Shown piece by piece: positions 46,101 through 58,869 of a stretch of DNA of 64,000 bases. Location of the stretch: positions 62,001 to 126,000 of the forward strand of contig QPGO01000184.1 of assembly GCA_008632985.1 (NCBI GenBank). The letters run 5' to 3'. Each line of letters starts with the position of its first letter. Within the stretch, counting starts at the first letter, position 1. This DNA is from Psammoneis japonica (taxonomy: Eukaryota). The notes beneath the pieces were generated by a model, which worked only from the letters and a program-made list of their open reading frames with translations, was not told the origin of the DNA and ran no database searches. The translations under genes and the position numbers were made by a program.

Positions 46101-49100
46101 CTGCCGGGTCCACCTTGACTGGATCACACACCCAAGCTTGCATTTTGTCACCGCACCTTGAGACCTTGGGCACCGTTTAAAAAGCAGGAATCCAGTTGCA
46201 CCCAAGAAACGCATTGCTCCTGTGTCTGCTCCCCCGGCATTTGCTGTCTCCAGTTTGCTGCACATCCATTTCATTGCAGATGTCCAGTCCATGAAAGGCA
46301 GCGCACTTTTGCACAAAGGGTCAATCAAAAAAGTCCCAGTCATCCATTGGTCACGACAATTTGCAGACTGGGTTGTTGGCATTTGGCAAAGAATTGTTTT
46401 AAGAGCGCTTCTTCCGACTCTTCATTGAAAATGGCAAATGGCCCGGGATGCGACGGCTTGGGCGTGTGCTAAAAGTCGGTCACATCCTGTGACATGACAC
46501 CATGAGACAAAAGTGGATGTCCTTGTTCATTGACCATGTGCAAAATCACAAAGATGGAATCCACCATCGCATCGGGCACTCAACATCAAAGGCCAGAAAG
46601 GATGGATTGGCCTTGGTTTCGGCATCTTGATTGCACATTCGATGCCCGCATTGTGTGCATTGTGGGCATCACAGTGCACCGTGTTCCAGCACAAATGTTC
46701 AAGTCAACACAAACGCAAGCCAACAGGGGACATTGTGCTCTCTAACATCCGCCAAGGTGTCTGAGACATTTTTGGGTGCAGGGCAGGTTCGATTGCATCG
46801 AAACACATGCCTGGTTTTGGTTGGAGTTTTTGATTGTTTTGAATCAATTCCTTGAGAGGTTTGCAGACTTCACAAGCATGGGCCGTCCATGACCCAGTTT
46901 GGGATCCAGATGGTCAGGCTGATCTAGACACAACCTGGGAACCACACCCACCCTTTGGAGAGACTGTGAGCTTCGCAAATTTTCAAGATGTTCAAAATGA
47001 GCACTTCAAATTGCACCGTGTGATCATCTCTAGCAACAACGGGAATGACATGAAACTGCCGGCACAGGTCGCACAGCACCGAGCTTCTGCACACAAGTGA
47101 AAGTCCAGTCTGGCTTGTTCTAGACCAGCCGGAGATTCATCTTTTGTTCCACTGCCGACAGAAGCATTTGATGCAATTTTCGATGCATGAACAACAAGCA
47201 CAATCAGCACAGGTGTGATTGAGAATGTCTCATGAAAAATCAAGAAAGTGCTGATCATTCTCACAGTGTCGACTTGCCATCGGGGCAACATGTTGAACAG
47301 CCATCTGCGGTTCAGAGGATGCAGCGAGATTGCGTTGTTCATGCCCAAACTGTTGACTCCGTTTCACCTTGAACCTTGAGCATGATGTTTGCGACTTCTT
47401 GCTTGTTTTTTTCTGCATCTGGTTGCGAGTGTCCGCATCCAATTTGTGTTCTTTGGTTTTGTTGTTGTCGTCAATGATGCCAAGAGAGAAGCGACTGCAA
47501 CAGGCAACATTGTGAATTGTTGCTGTTCAAATGTTCATCTTGAATCTGCAAGAATGCAGTGCATGGCAAATGGCATGAAATTCTCTGACGCAACACGTGC
47601 ATGAGACGCTTCTCAAACAACAACTGCACCGCACATGGATTTGGCTCATTGTGGCACGTTGTGAACCTGCTCGGTGCACTGCGACGCATGCTGCCATTGT
47701 TTGGAATCAATTTTGATTTTTAAGGTGGAGGGACACATCCAAAGAGATTGACTCTTTTGCTTTTTCAACTTGTTCTGCCTCCTTCCTGACCATGATGACA
47801 AACAGTTTCTTCACGGAATGGACACTCACCTTGTGTGTCTGGGCTGCCTTGGCTTGCTCAGAGACAGGCTGCATGGCCTGGGTGGTTTCAACAACAAAAT
47901 TGCAGAGAACTCTGCTGCTGCTTCAAAAGTCAGATCCAGGAGCAGAGCCAAGTGTTTTTCTTTTTTGACTGGCAAAATCCTTGCTTGGTGGGGTCAGCGG
48001 GGCCTGGGAAGTGGAGCCCGGCCTTGCAAGTGTTTGTTTCTCACAAAGAGTGCTGCCATGCTTGTCAAGGTCATCATAAAAAAACTTTCAAGGCATTGTC
48101 AACTGTAAATCGCAGGAAGGGAGAGAGTGCTTTTGTGCACCTCCTGTCTGTCAAAATGCAACAAAAATTTAGAGCGTGAAGCCTGGTGCACATCTGCACA
48201 TGAGCGTGCACACAGGACAGACTGAGTGATGAAACATGAGAGTTGTTCAAGGCACTGCTTGCCTTTCAATTTCCATCAAGTGCAAAAAGATCATCGCATG
48301 ATCTGGGATCCAAGATTTGATTGAGATCTCAAGTTGCAAGATGAAGCAAGGTGAACTTTGATTGAGCAAAAAGGGGCATGGCCATGTGATGAGCAAGCAC
48401 AGCTGCAGCCTGCAAAAATTGGCTTGCAACTGAAATGCAAAAACATCACAGGGAGAATTCAGGCTCTTGTCATGCAAAAAATGGTCAATCATGATGCAGC
48501 AAATGTGGTTGGTGTGGTGTGCTGGCGCTGCAGGAGACTTGCCACAGCAGCTGGTTTGATGTGCCACAGTGTCAAAAATGCAGCAGTGTGTGAAAATTCT
48601 CAAGAGCTCAAGCCAGTTGGCGCGGTGACTTGGTCATTCCACAATGGCCTGGCTGCACACTTGAAGAGATCTCCAATCTCCAAGGCAGCACACAAAAAGG
48701 TGAACAAACCATGTGTTGAGAGTTGACACAACATCATCAACAATCTCAGCAGGAAGGTTGTGATGGATGTGGATGTCACCAAAACATTCAGAGGAGTTGT
48801 GTCTTTGCATTTGGTCAGGAGTCTGCTGCAATGACATCTGTCACAAGATTTTGGGAAGGGCATGCTTCATTTGGGATGTGTGCTTGGGTCTTGTCATGCA
48901 ACAATCCAAGTGGGGCTGTTGCTGCAAATGTGGTGCAGTCACATCAATCTGGCAAAAGACTTCAGAAAACATGCTGCACTCTGATTGGAGCAGCGGCAGT
49001 TGCTCAAACAACACCTTTTCATTCCAATCAGTTTGCTTGTGCAAGAAAGCATGCTGCGAGTTGGCAAAGACAAGCCTGATGTCACTGAGTGATGCCAAGA

Positions 49101-49749
49101 TGGAAGCACATGGAACAAATGAAATGCGCTCATTTTCCAGCTGATTCCAACTCTTCAAACTGATTCTCCAACCCCAGACACCAGACAGAACACTTCACAG
49201 TTGCAACACTTTGAAAGTTGCTCCAGTCGGAAATGATGCAAAAATCAGTCACCAAGTCATTTGTGGATGGGAGTGCCAGTTGATTTGAGTTCCTGCACTC
49301 AATTGGCATCTGGCCACACTCTTTTGCAACCAAAGACCACAGCTTTCCCACCTTTTCCAAGGATCTCTGCTCAGCACATTTGGCAAGATGCGCAAACCCA
49401 GTGTTCCAAGCAACGGAGACAGATGCTGGGCAAAGTGCAGTCAAAGTTGCATCTCCTCCCAGATTGGAAAATGTGCAGCAACATTCAATTTCATCATTGC
49501 CTTTGGCGCTGCATTCTTCGTTTGATCTGATGACTGCATTGTCGCCGCCATTTGTTGTGTCCCAGCTGCCATCACTCCCACAGCCCACCTGATTGTTGCC
49601 TCCAGCACCCCAATCAACTTCCATCCAAAATCTTTGTGCAAGCAACCAACAGCCAAGGTGGGCTTTGACCTGCAGTGTCACATCCAGCTTGTTTTGCTCA
49701 AGCCTTGCCAAAGGTTGCTGCACTTGTTCTGTTGCTGTTGTTGCATCTC

Positions 49750-50620
49750 ATGCAGCTGCCATGAGAGATTTAAACATCTTGCAACAGGTTTTGACCAAAC
49801 CAAATCCAAGTGAGATCCACAGCATCTGGCTTTTTGAGCATGATTTCGTGGATGGCATTGCACAATTGTGCCCATCCTTCCATCCTTTGGCAACTTGCGG
49901 AGCCTTTGTTTGAGAGCCCAGCGGCACACCATCAGCAACATCAGCCCCAAAGAAATCTGCCGTTTGCATCAAATGCTTGTTTTGCTTCTCCAAGGCTGTC
50001 CAAGGCTGAAAACACTTTGGATTTAACAGAAACCAACATCGGGGACAAAGGTGACCTTGGCAACAGCGCATTGGCCCCAAAGGTGCAAAGTTGTTCTTTT
50101 CAGAATTGGCGCAGAACACACGAATGACTCATGATGTCTGCTTCTTTTCTCAAATCCAGCTGGGGATGAGGGTGCAGAGTGCATCGGAGACTGACTGCAG
50201 AAGAGTTCCTCTGTCAAACAACAAATCTCTGCATTTGCGGCATGGCTCCATTGAAGATGAGGGAGCCAAATTGTTGGCAAAAATGCTTGAAAACAACACA
50301 TCAATTGAACATTTTTACCTTTGTGGGAACAACGTTGGAGATGAAGGTGCAAAAGCATTGGGCGAGATGTTTGTGCAAAACGATTTTGAGAAAAACTCTG
50401 TTGGTGACATTGTCAAGGCCACGCTGGCAAAAGGTGTGAAGCAGAATCTGACCATTGAATGTTGAGGTTTGTGGGAAGGCATGGATGAGGACCTGAGGGC
50501 TGAAATCGAACAGTGCCGCCACATTTTGCGAGTGTGGTGCATGATCAAGAGGCATCTGATGGCATTTGGGCACGCATGTTGGAGCAAGCTCGCAACAACC
50601 CAAACCTTGCTTTCCACACT
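49750..50620 (+). pseudogene. RNI-like leucine-rich-repeat protein relic
   Basis: LDLTETNIGDKG; LHLRHGSIEDEGAKLLAKMLENNTSIEHFYLCGNNVGDEGAKALGEM; frameshifts and stops. Confidence 0.75.
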
Positions 50621-51299
50621 GTCAAGGCAAAAGTGGAGCATTTCAACCGTGAACGTCAGGTGCTTTGTTGGTGGAAGCAAGCGATGCAACTGCAATTGCC
50701 CACACATCATTGTCCTGCTGCCGGCACAGTTGTCATCCACTTGCGATGGAAAAGCCTTGGAACTGTGCACGTTGCACCCTGCCGGGTCACCAAAGGATTC
50801 CTTTGAGCCACTTTACACCTGAACCCAGTGGCCCTGCAAAAACAAAGAAACATTGCGCTCGATTGTTGGCGTGGCAGTTGTCTCAATCATTGCGGTGTCA
50901 CACAGACGGCATCACAAACGGAGGACTCCTTCGACATTCTAGACCCAAAGGTTTCTTCAAACATAACCTCTTTGGCGCCATTGTTTCCGTTCTTGAAAAA
51001 TGAATGCCTCCTGCAGAACAGCAGTCAGCTTCATCGGGTGCGAAGAAAGCTTTTTCGATGGACGAGATGGAGCTCTTCCACGACAATGTGATTGGCATCA
51101 CCAGTGTTGCAGTGTGTGACATGAGTGCTTCATCTGGCAACACCATTGAGTGGGTTTTTGTTGCAGCAGTCTCTGCCAGAGAGGACAAACAATGAGCGAC
51201 GAGTTCCGTGCAGAGGCGAAACCTCACAGATTGTTGTCCAGTCCACCACCATTGGGCATGGTGACGTCTCGGTCTTGATGAAAACTGCTGTTTCGACCA

Positions 51300-51740
51300 C
51301 CAGCATCACTCTCAACGACACGTTCATCTTGTTCGTTTTGCACAAAGCTGCAGCACGGATTCGTGGCAACGTGGTGATCGTCATCATCATAGAAAATGGC
51401 ATGGCCCACACCCAAACCAAGCACCACGCTCATTTTAAAAAAGCTCCAAGGAAAAGGTCATGGTCACCAACATTAGAATGCACCCACAAAAGGCTTGGAG
51501 TGTGTGCAAGAGTGCAGCGAACATTCGTAGTGGTGGAGAGCCACCGCGACTGCTTGTTTGCTTGTTGTCATTGTGACGCCTCTTGTGGAGCACCTGTCGC
51601 CACTTGGCAACACCCTCGGTCACAATGACCAGAGCAAATGCCAGAACAAGAGCACCGCTAAATTTGACACGAGAATCTAGAATCCAACTGAGAAAGAACA
51701 AATTGAGGCAGTGTTGGTTGCCCTTGAGCGACAACCGAAA
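51300..51740 (-). pseudogene. Ctr-family copper transporter relic
   Basis: CLNLFFLSWILDSRVKF...LHTLQAFCGCILMLVTMTFSLELF / SVVLGLGVGHAIF: MxxxM and GxxxG motifs, with GY->GC and GY->GH; frameshift/stop at ~51435. Confidence 0.8.
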
Positions 51741-52199
51741 GCCTGCATTGTTTTACAGCACGTGAATCGAAATGTGCAACAGGTGTGTGAGAGAAGGAGG
51801 GAGAATGACAGATCATTTAGAAACATCGTTCATCAGAGACAACAGAATGCAACAAGTCCATCCCCAGCTCAGTGAGCTTGCGAGTGCGCGGGAGAACAAG
51901 AGTTCGAGTTGCACCTCGAGTTGTTTGAGGATGCAAAATCTCGGAGACCGTCGTTGAGAGGGTGGTCACCAAACACGAGAGACTTGACTTCAAAAAGACC
52001 CATCTTTCGATTTCAACACAACCACAACACCGTTTCTCTCCAAACCAAGGCCCTTGCGTGACCCGTCGACATCCTGAAAGTAACATCCGTGTCTTCCATG
52101 AATGAAAACGATGAAGAATAGCTCAAACAAGGCCGAGTGTGGGTCGGCGCTGCGTCATCTCCAACTGCCGCAGAGAGAGGGTGCCATTGGGCCCCGGAG

Positions 52200-53368
52200 G
52201 AATTTTGGGTCCCGGAGGAATTTTGGAAACTGTGCGGAAGCCAATGAAAGCTTTCTGCTTGTTGCAACAGCGGCCCTTTCTGTCATGTCATGTGTGCTCC
52301 AATTGCTGGGGAGCTCCACTTGGCTGATTCTTGCATCCAACCGGCCACTCCAACAAGAGCAAAATGCACTCTTTTTGGGAAGCGTTGAGTTTCTACCCAA
52401 TTACAGGAAGAATGCGTTGAGCTTGGGCCTCCTATTATTAACCTTTCCTCTGCTCCTTCGGCAATATGTGCTATTCTCTATTCCTATGAAGCCATTTACC
52501 TAATTTTACCGGCTGAGTCTGCCATGAAAGAACCACAACAGTTCCAAAAGGTGTTTGTTTCGGCTATGGCGTTTGTCGCTTTTGTTCTGGCCACTGTGTC
52601 GTGTACTTGTGCTTGGGTATTTGGAAAGGTGACCAAGAAAAGTGTAACTGCCTTTCTTTTCGAAACATGTCGAGACGATCCTTCAATTGCGGGGTGGCTC
52701 ATGGTGGCAAATACGTTAAACTCTTTCCCGCCTTGGAACTCATCGGGCCATGGCTATCAAGAAAGCTACTCCACTATTTCAATCGACCTGACGGAACTAC
52801 GGAGGAAGACAATGATCTATCAGCGTTTGAGCCGCTACCGCCGCTTTAAGAGCATAGACCGGTATCGCCCTCAGAGATGACCCCGTGGGAACACCAATAT
52901 TGTGGACAAATGAATGGTGACGCTGAAAGCGACGAGATTGACTCAAGTACAAACTCGCGTACCTCATCTTTGAATGGCATTTTGATATAGCCACACAACT
53001 CCCAAAAAATGACCAGGCCGGGAGACTCCCCAATCTTGCGAGCACTGCTGGTCATGTTGGCGTACTTGCTGGCAGTCATCGTACCAAATGTAAAAGCCCT
53101 AATCTCGCTAGCAGGTGCCTTGGCTGGATCGTCATCGGCTCTACTGATTCCGCCCCTTTTGGAGCTCGCCTGGATTAAACGCTTGGACTATGGCAATGAT
53201 GACTTGGTCGAGTCGCAACGGATTTGTATTCCCGTACCGAATTCTTTGAATTTACACTGACCACAATTGATCAAGTGCTACCTTTTGTTCTTGGCTGGAC
53301 TTGTGTTTCTCGTCATTGGTACCTATGCCTCTATCGCGGATATCATCAAAGTATACACTGGAAACTAG
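52200..53368 (+). pseudogene. Amino acid/auxin permease (SLC36-like) transporter, frameshifted and 5'-eroded
   Basis: YSYEAIYLILPAESAMKEPQQF, LFPALELIG, LAVIVPNVKALISLAGALAGSSSALLIPP, GTYASIADII in different frames. Confidence 0.75.
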
Positions 53369-55297
53369 TCAAGGGCACGAAGCCTATAAAGAAATCCAAC
53401 CACTTGTTTGCAGGAGTACCTTTACAGGAGAGCTGTACGGTAGTATCTCATGTCGGGGCAGAATCGAGTTTTCGACAGATCGCGCCAACAGATGACGATC
53501 CACCCTTCTTCTTGTGGCGCCGTCGATTACCACTTTCTATGGCGCAGCCGTAGGCGAATGCAAAGATCATGTAAACGCGGTCGTACAACTCCTGAAGGTT
53601 CGATTAAGTAGAGTTTGCGGCTGCTAACTTACTAAAGTTCTAGTCATCCCTCGCTAGCCTCCAGATTCCTTTTGCTTCCATCTCCAAACCCCATATCATG
53701 ATGTACACCTTCTCATAGACTACCTATGACACGCGTCGCCTCTTATTTGGCAGCTGACTCTCGCCATCCTCGCTAATCGAACGCTTCTTCCTCCCGAAAA
53801 CAGTGTGCCACTTCTTGAAAACCCACGCGGCCAACCGACTATGAATGCCCTTACCGAACCTTGCTTCGGCCGCCTCTTGTGCAGCAACGCGTTTTAAGTG
53901 CCCCTCCAATGTGATTATGGTTTGGCCAGAAAAGCGAGCACGAAGCGCCCCCCCCCNCACGAAGCGCCCCCAAAATGGCCTGCGCATTGCGACGTAGTGC
54001 GGTCCTATTCCCTTCTGCTTCACGTTCAGCAACCATAAATGTAGTGCCATCAACCCAAACGGGCTCGTAGTCTCCAATGACAGACAAACAACCCAGTAAT
54101 GTCCCGTGTGGAGACAGTGCTATCAATGCCGCAAACACAATAGGTGAATTCTTTTGACATGCCCGATTTCAACGGATCCATTTCAGGTTCTTCAAGATCG
54201 ATTGTGTACAGGCCAATGAAGAAGAAAACCTAGATTTGGCGAGAAACAATACGCAAGGGATAAGCTGAAGACGGGTGACTTTTCGTGAAACGATTGAGAA
54301 GACACAAGTAATGCTGTACCGACCTTGTTGCGTCCAAATAGTGTCTAACGTATTGATCATGCGTCGGCGCCAGCAGATGGACCAAGCTACCAAACCACGT
54401 TTGGAAGAATCGTCTTGTACGAAAGAAACGTCCGATTAGTTCGATGCGTCTGAATTGTCGGCATTATTATCGTCATCCTTAGAGTTTGCTTGCGCCTCGT
54501 CGATGCATCTAAATCATGATATTTGGCTCTAAACGTTCACCTTTCAAATCAAGGGTATTCTTGCACAAGGTCGCAAAAATGGTACCCGTCATGAAATCAT
54601 CAAACTTGGCCTCGTGTTCTTGTGTCGACAGGGGAGCTTCGTCATTTCCTTGATTGTGAAAAACAACGAGTGCTATGGATTCCAATTCAACTTGTCTTGT
54701 ACAATCAGCGTTTCATGCAGTTTCCGCAACGTTGTACCGTACTGTCACTACGAACCGTAAAATCCAAGCAGTACTCGCTCGAAAAGGACTTTGGTATCAT
54801 ACGCTGAGGGAAAGAAATCGTGAACAAGTCTCTTGGTTTCCTCGTACGAGTCGGGCAGCTTCTGGCATTGAAAAGTGCGACAACATAAACATCAAATCCA
54901 TCCATCCCATTATGAACCACAATTGGAACTTGGCGTCCCGTCCTGGTTACGGATACGTCACGTTCCAAATCAATCTCCTCATGCAGGCCTCGACAGGCAT
55001 TGGAGAGTGTGCGTAAAAGACACGCCAAAAGCTGACTTGTTCCAACATTAGGTTTTTTTCACTTTTCCTTGGCAAGTCGGATAGGACGTTGTTCTTGCTG
55101 CTCCGGATTCAACCGCCAAACCCGAATTTGATTGTGTGCGTCCGTTACCCCTCGTTCCAAAGTCAAGGCGGACATTCGGTTTGAATCGACTCGTAGAGGG
55201 TACGACAAAGATGAGTTGCACCGAGGCAACAAAAAGGTCATGGATCCAGAGCAGCAGCATCGCCTTGTCGTTGTGCTGCTCTTGCGGCGGCTCGGTT

Positions 55298-55422
55298 GGA
55301 CGAATCGATCCATTCACGGAGACTGGGCATGGCTCGTGCATGAAAGCCGATATCATCAATGGACGAATCGATCCATTCACGGAGATTGGCCATGGCTCGT
55401 GCATGAAAGCCGATGTCATCAA
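55298..55422. repeat. 63-bp tandem duplication
   Basis: ggacgaatcgatccattcacggaga...gcatgaaagccgat at 55298 and 55361. Confidence 0.9.
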
Positions 55423-56239
55423 GTCGTGTCAGTACCACCTTGCGGCAATTCTTACCATTGGGCATGGGCGACTCTTGTCCCTCGGCCTCTTTTTGCAACT
55501 GAATCAATTCCTCTTTATGCTTGGACATTAACATTTCGGCTCGTCCCGTCTCCAAATCATAAGGGGTATGCCTTCCTTGGGTTAGGGTTACCTCAACTAA
55601 AAAGTACCGCCGTAATAATCAGCGCCAGAGAAAGATCCTTTTCACTTTGCTTATTGAAATGTAGAGTCGACTGCACTCTAGAAGAAAAGGATAACTGGAA
55701 CTGGTTTCATCGTTGGTCAGGTACACATTGGAGACTATATCGTCTTTGTAAGCGGAGACGACACAGATATAATTCCTCCAATCCGGGTACCGTGATTACC
55801 GAGTTACATCACTCCGTCTCCTCGTCTTTACGGACACTGTGAAAAATCAACAGCTCATAAATCACTTGATGATGATTCAGTACTGCCATTGGATATCTCT
55901 GTCACATCGTCCTTGTGCTTCAGCTCGTACGTACAAGTATTATACCTCCAGTGCACGGCGACCTCATGCGATAGTCTTGTTCTTATTCTTGTCGATACAG
56001 CCACGCCATTGACAACCACTGCCACGAGTTCAATGATCAGTCAGCACATGTTGCCTCTACAATATGTCGGTGTTGCTGTTGTTGTTGCATAACGAAAATG
56101 ACGGGGCGCTGCGTTTGGGTTGAGGACATTGTCAAGATCGACTTTCCCCGTTTGCACTGAAAATATGCGTGGGTGGCGGCAATTCCTCATGGTTGATGTC
56201 GGTGTGTTTGGATGGTTGCATCTCAAAATTTAGTTAGTA

Positions 56240-56790
56240 CCCGTTTTTTTTTTTCGAAGAAAAACAAGAAATTCTCAACAACGCGCGCCAAATTTTCATT
56301 TTTTCCAGATTTTTCTGAGATTTTTTCAAAAAAAGAGTTCTATTACATATTCCTTCATTAAGAAGTGTANNNNNNNNNNNNNNNNNNNNNNNNNNNNNNN
56401 NNNNNNNNNNNNNNNNNNNNNNNNNNNNNNNNNNNNNNNNNNNNNNNNNNNNNNNNNNNNNNNNNNNNNNNNNNNNNNNNNNNNNNNNNNNNNNNNNNNN
56501 NNNNNNNNNNNNNNNNNNNNNNNNNNNNNNNNNNNNNNNNNNNNNNNNNNNNNNNNNNNNNNNNNNNNNNNNNNNNNNNNNNNNNNNNNNNNNNNNNNNN
56601 NNNNNNNNNNNNNNNNNNNNNNNNNNNNNNNNNNNNNNNNNNNNNNNNNNNNNNNNNNNNNNNNNNNNNNNNNNNNNNNNNNNNNNNNNNNNNNNNNNNN
56701 NNTTTTTTTTTGAAAAAATCACAGAAAAATCTAAAAAAATGAAAATTTGTGTTGGCGCTGGAGAATTTCTTTTTTTTCTACACAAAATTA
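56240..56790. mobile_element. AT-rich element with imperfect ~70-bp inverted repeats flanking an assembly gap (56370-56702); MITE/foldback-like
   Basis: aagaaattctc...caaattttcatttttt...gatttttctgagattttttcaaaaaaa (56266-56335) mirrored at 56703-56778. Confidence 0.6.
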
Positions 56791-57509
56791 GTAGGAACCT
56801 ACTAGATTTTTGGCAACCATCAAAAACACACCGATATCAACCATGAGGACCTCCGCCGCTCCGCCGCCAAGCGGCCCGCAACCAGCCAACCAGAACACGA
56901 TATTCGTGCATCTAAACAAAGTACAAAACATTCTGTCATCGATTTGGACTCGTGTGATTCAGAAGAGGGCTCAAAAAGCCCACGAGAAACCGAGGGTAAA
57001 GCAACATGCGAAAATCATCATTCACTTCGACAAACCGTGTTTGTTCCAAGCAAAAAGGGGTCTTCCAAAGAACCAAAGCCTAAAATCTCAGATGCAAGTT
57101 TGAAACTTTGAAGCCGAGTCAATAGTTTAACACAACTGCATCATTCACCCAGGAAATAGTGCCTTTTATCACTGTGTGCACATTGAAACCGATGGTTACT
57201 CCGGTTACGACGAGCTTCCCGGCGGTGCTTTCACACTCACAAAGACGAAGGTTGTTCGGAATTCTTTCTTCAAGTTGAAGGTGATGATTAACCTGTTTTG
57301 ACTGGAAAAGACAAAACAAGTTTTTGGTCATCTGGAAACTCCGGCGAGCATTCAAATTGAAAGAATGGTTTGGTTTGTTGTTAGATTTTGATTCTGCAGC
57401 AGCGAAAGACAAGCCGCACTCTTGATCCAACGTACTCTAGCATACTTTAGACTAACTATAAGAAGATTGCATTGGGGATTCATCTTATAGCAAAACTGCT
57501 GCTCTACAT

Positions 57510-58125
57510 ACGACTCGAGACTCTAGATATTTACTACTAGAGATGATACCACTCGAGACTACGAGTAGACGATGCCACTCGGGACTAGACGATACCACTC
57601 GACATGATACGATACCACTTGAGACTAGTAGAAATTTACTTCTTGAGACAAGGCCACTCGAGATTAGAAGTATATACAGTATTTACTACTCGAGACAACA
57701 CAGTACTACTCGAGACACTAGATATTTACTACTCGAGATGATACGATACCACTCGAGACTAGAAATTTTCTACTCGAGAGAATACCACTCGGGACGATAC
57801 CACTTGAGATTAGATACTGTACTTCTATTTACTACTCGAGACAACACAGTACCACACGAGACGATATTTGCTACTCGAGATGATGCCACTCGAGATTAGA
57901 CGCTACCATTTTGAGACGAGACGATACCACTTGAGCCGAGATATTTACTACTCGAGACGATACCACTCGAGATAAGATATTCACTACTCGAGACAACGTA
58001 GTGCCACTCGAGACAAAATTTACTACTATTCGAGACGACACCACTCGAAACTAGATGTGTGCTACTCGAGACAATGCAATTTCCACTCGAAACGGTACTA
58101 CTCAAGACGACACTACTCAAGATTT
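57510..58125. repeat. Irregular minisatellite built on CTCGAG (gataccactcgaga / atttactactcgaga units)
   Basis: Many ctcgag cores with short variable linkers; TA- and CG-rich. Confidence 0.85.
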
Positions 58126-58149
58126 TCAAATCACTAGTTACATCCATTC

Positions 58150-58674
58150 TTACAACTGTCCCTTGGCACGAACGATTTCCTTTAGCATAAAGTGCTTCTT
58201 CTTGCTAATACGCTGACAGGGCACAATCATGACTAAATCACCCAAGTTGGCCACCTCGTTTTCATCGTGTGCCATGAATTTCCTCGTGTATCGCTGTCGC
58301 TTTCGAATTTTCGGAACGATACGGTACCGATCCACGGCAACGTTGACCGTCTTGGTCATTTTGTCGCTCACCACCGTCCCCACAAGAGCGCCACGAGGAT
58401 AATCGCGTGGGGGGGAATGAATCAGGTCCCAACCCGGAATCGTGGACGTGTCGGCCAACTGATCATTCGACATTTCGGATAACTCCTCGGCTTGTGTGGA
58501 AAAGAAGAGATTTTTGTTCTGAAACAAGTGGCTAGCAGTGGCGGGGTTTCGTACTGACATGAGAGAACGGCTCTGAGGCGGTAGCGCAGTAGAAATGCTT
58601 CGTCGCGACGCCATGGATATCATCGATTTGCCTTGTCGCAAAAGATGTTCGCAACGAAGCATTAAGGATGACAT
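58150..58674 (-). CDS. rpsQ: Bacterial-type ribosomal protein uS17, nucleus-encoded, probably mitochondrial
   Basis: LVGTVVSDKMTKTVNVAVDR...KFMAHDENEVANLGDLVMIVPCQRISKKKHF; Arg/Ser-rich presequence. Confidence 0.92.
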   Translation of the reverse strand: MSSLMLRCEHLLRQGKSMISMASRRSISTALPPQSRSLMSVRNPATASHLFQNKNLFFSTQAEELSEMSNDQLADTSTIPGWDLIHSPPRDYPRGALVGTVVSDKMTKTVNVAVDRYRIVPKIRKRQRYTRKFMAHDENEVANLGDLVMIVPCQRISKKKHFMLKEIVRAKGQL

Positions 58675-58869
58675 TGTATATCAAATAAGGGTCGTTTACG
58701 TAGAGACGCAGCACAAAGACAGTGTTGATTTGTTTAGCTAAAGGCCGCTTCCCCGTCGCCGCGTTCGTCATGGGCACAGACCTTTCGCTCTCGCTCGGCG
58801 CTCGGCCTCTCAGCACAGCGCGCGGTGGATGGGCCATTCAGCTTTCTTACCAGAGGAGTCCCCCCCCCA

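Larger units (their letters stand above)
43620..52390. other. TpA-depleted hypermutated block D
   Basis: TA survivors mostly tctaga/tttaaa/tttag (e.g. ~46178, 46925, 47121, 49771, 50940, 51678); contains gene relics. Confidence 0.9.

Noticed and set aside
43620..52390. Dozens of overlapping Cys/His-rich ORFs as metal-binding or zinc-finger proteins (also in the other blocks)
   Set aside because: Explained by loss of TAA/TAG stops and Tyr->Cys/His conversion; they occur in all six frames.
53400..55840. Possible degenerate minus-strand gene(s)
   Set aside because: Stops, an N at ~53957 and no identifiable family; not supportable as a call.
57510..58125. CRISPR-like array
   Set aside because: No constant repeat with unique spacers, no cas genes, eukaryotic context.
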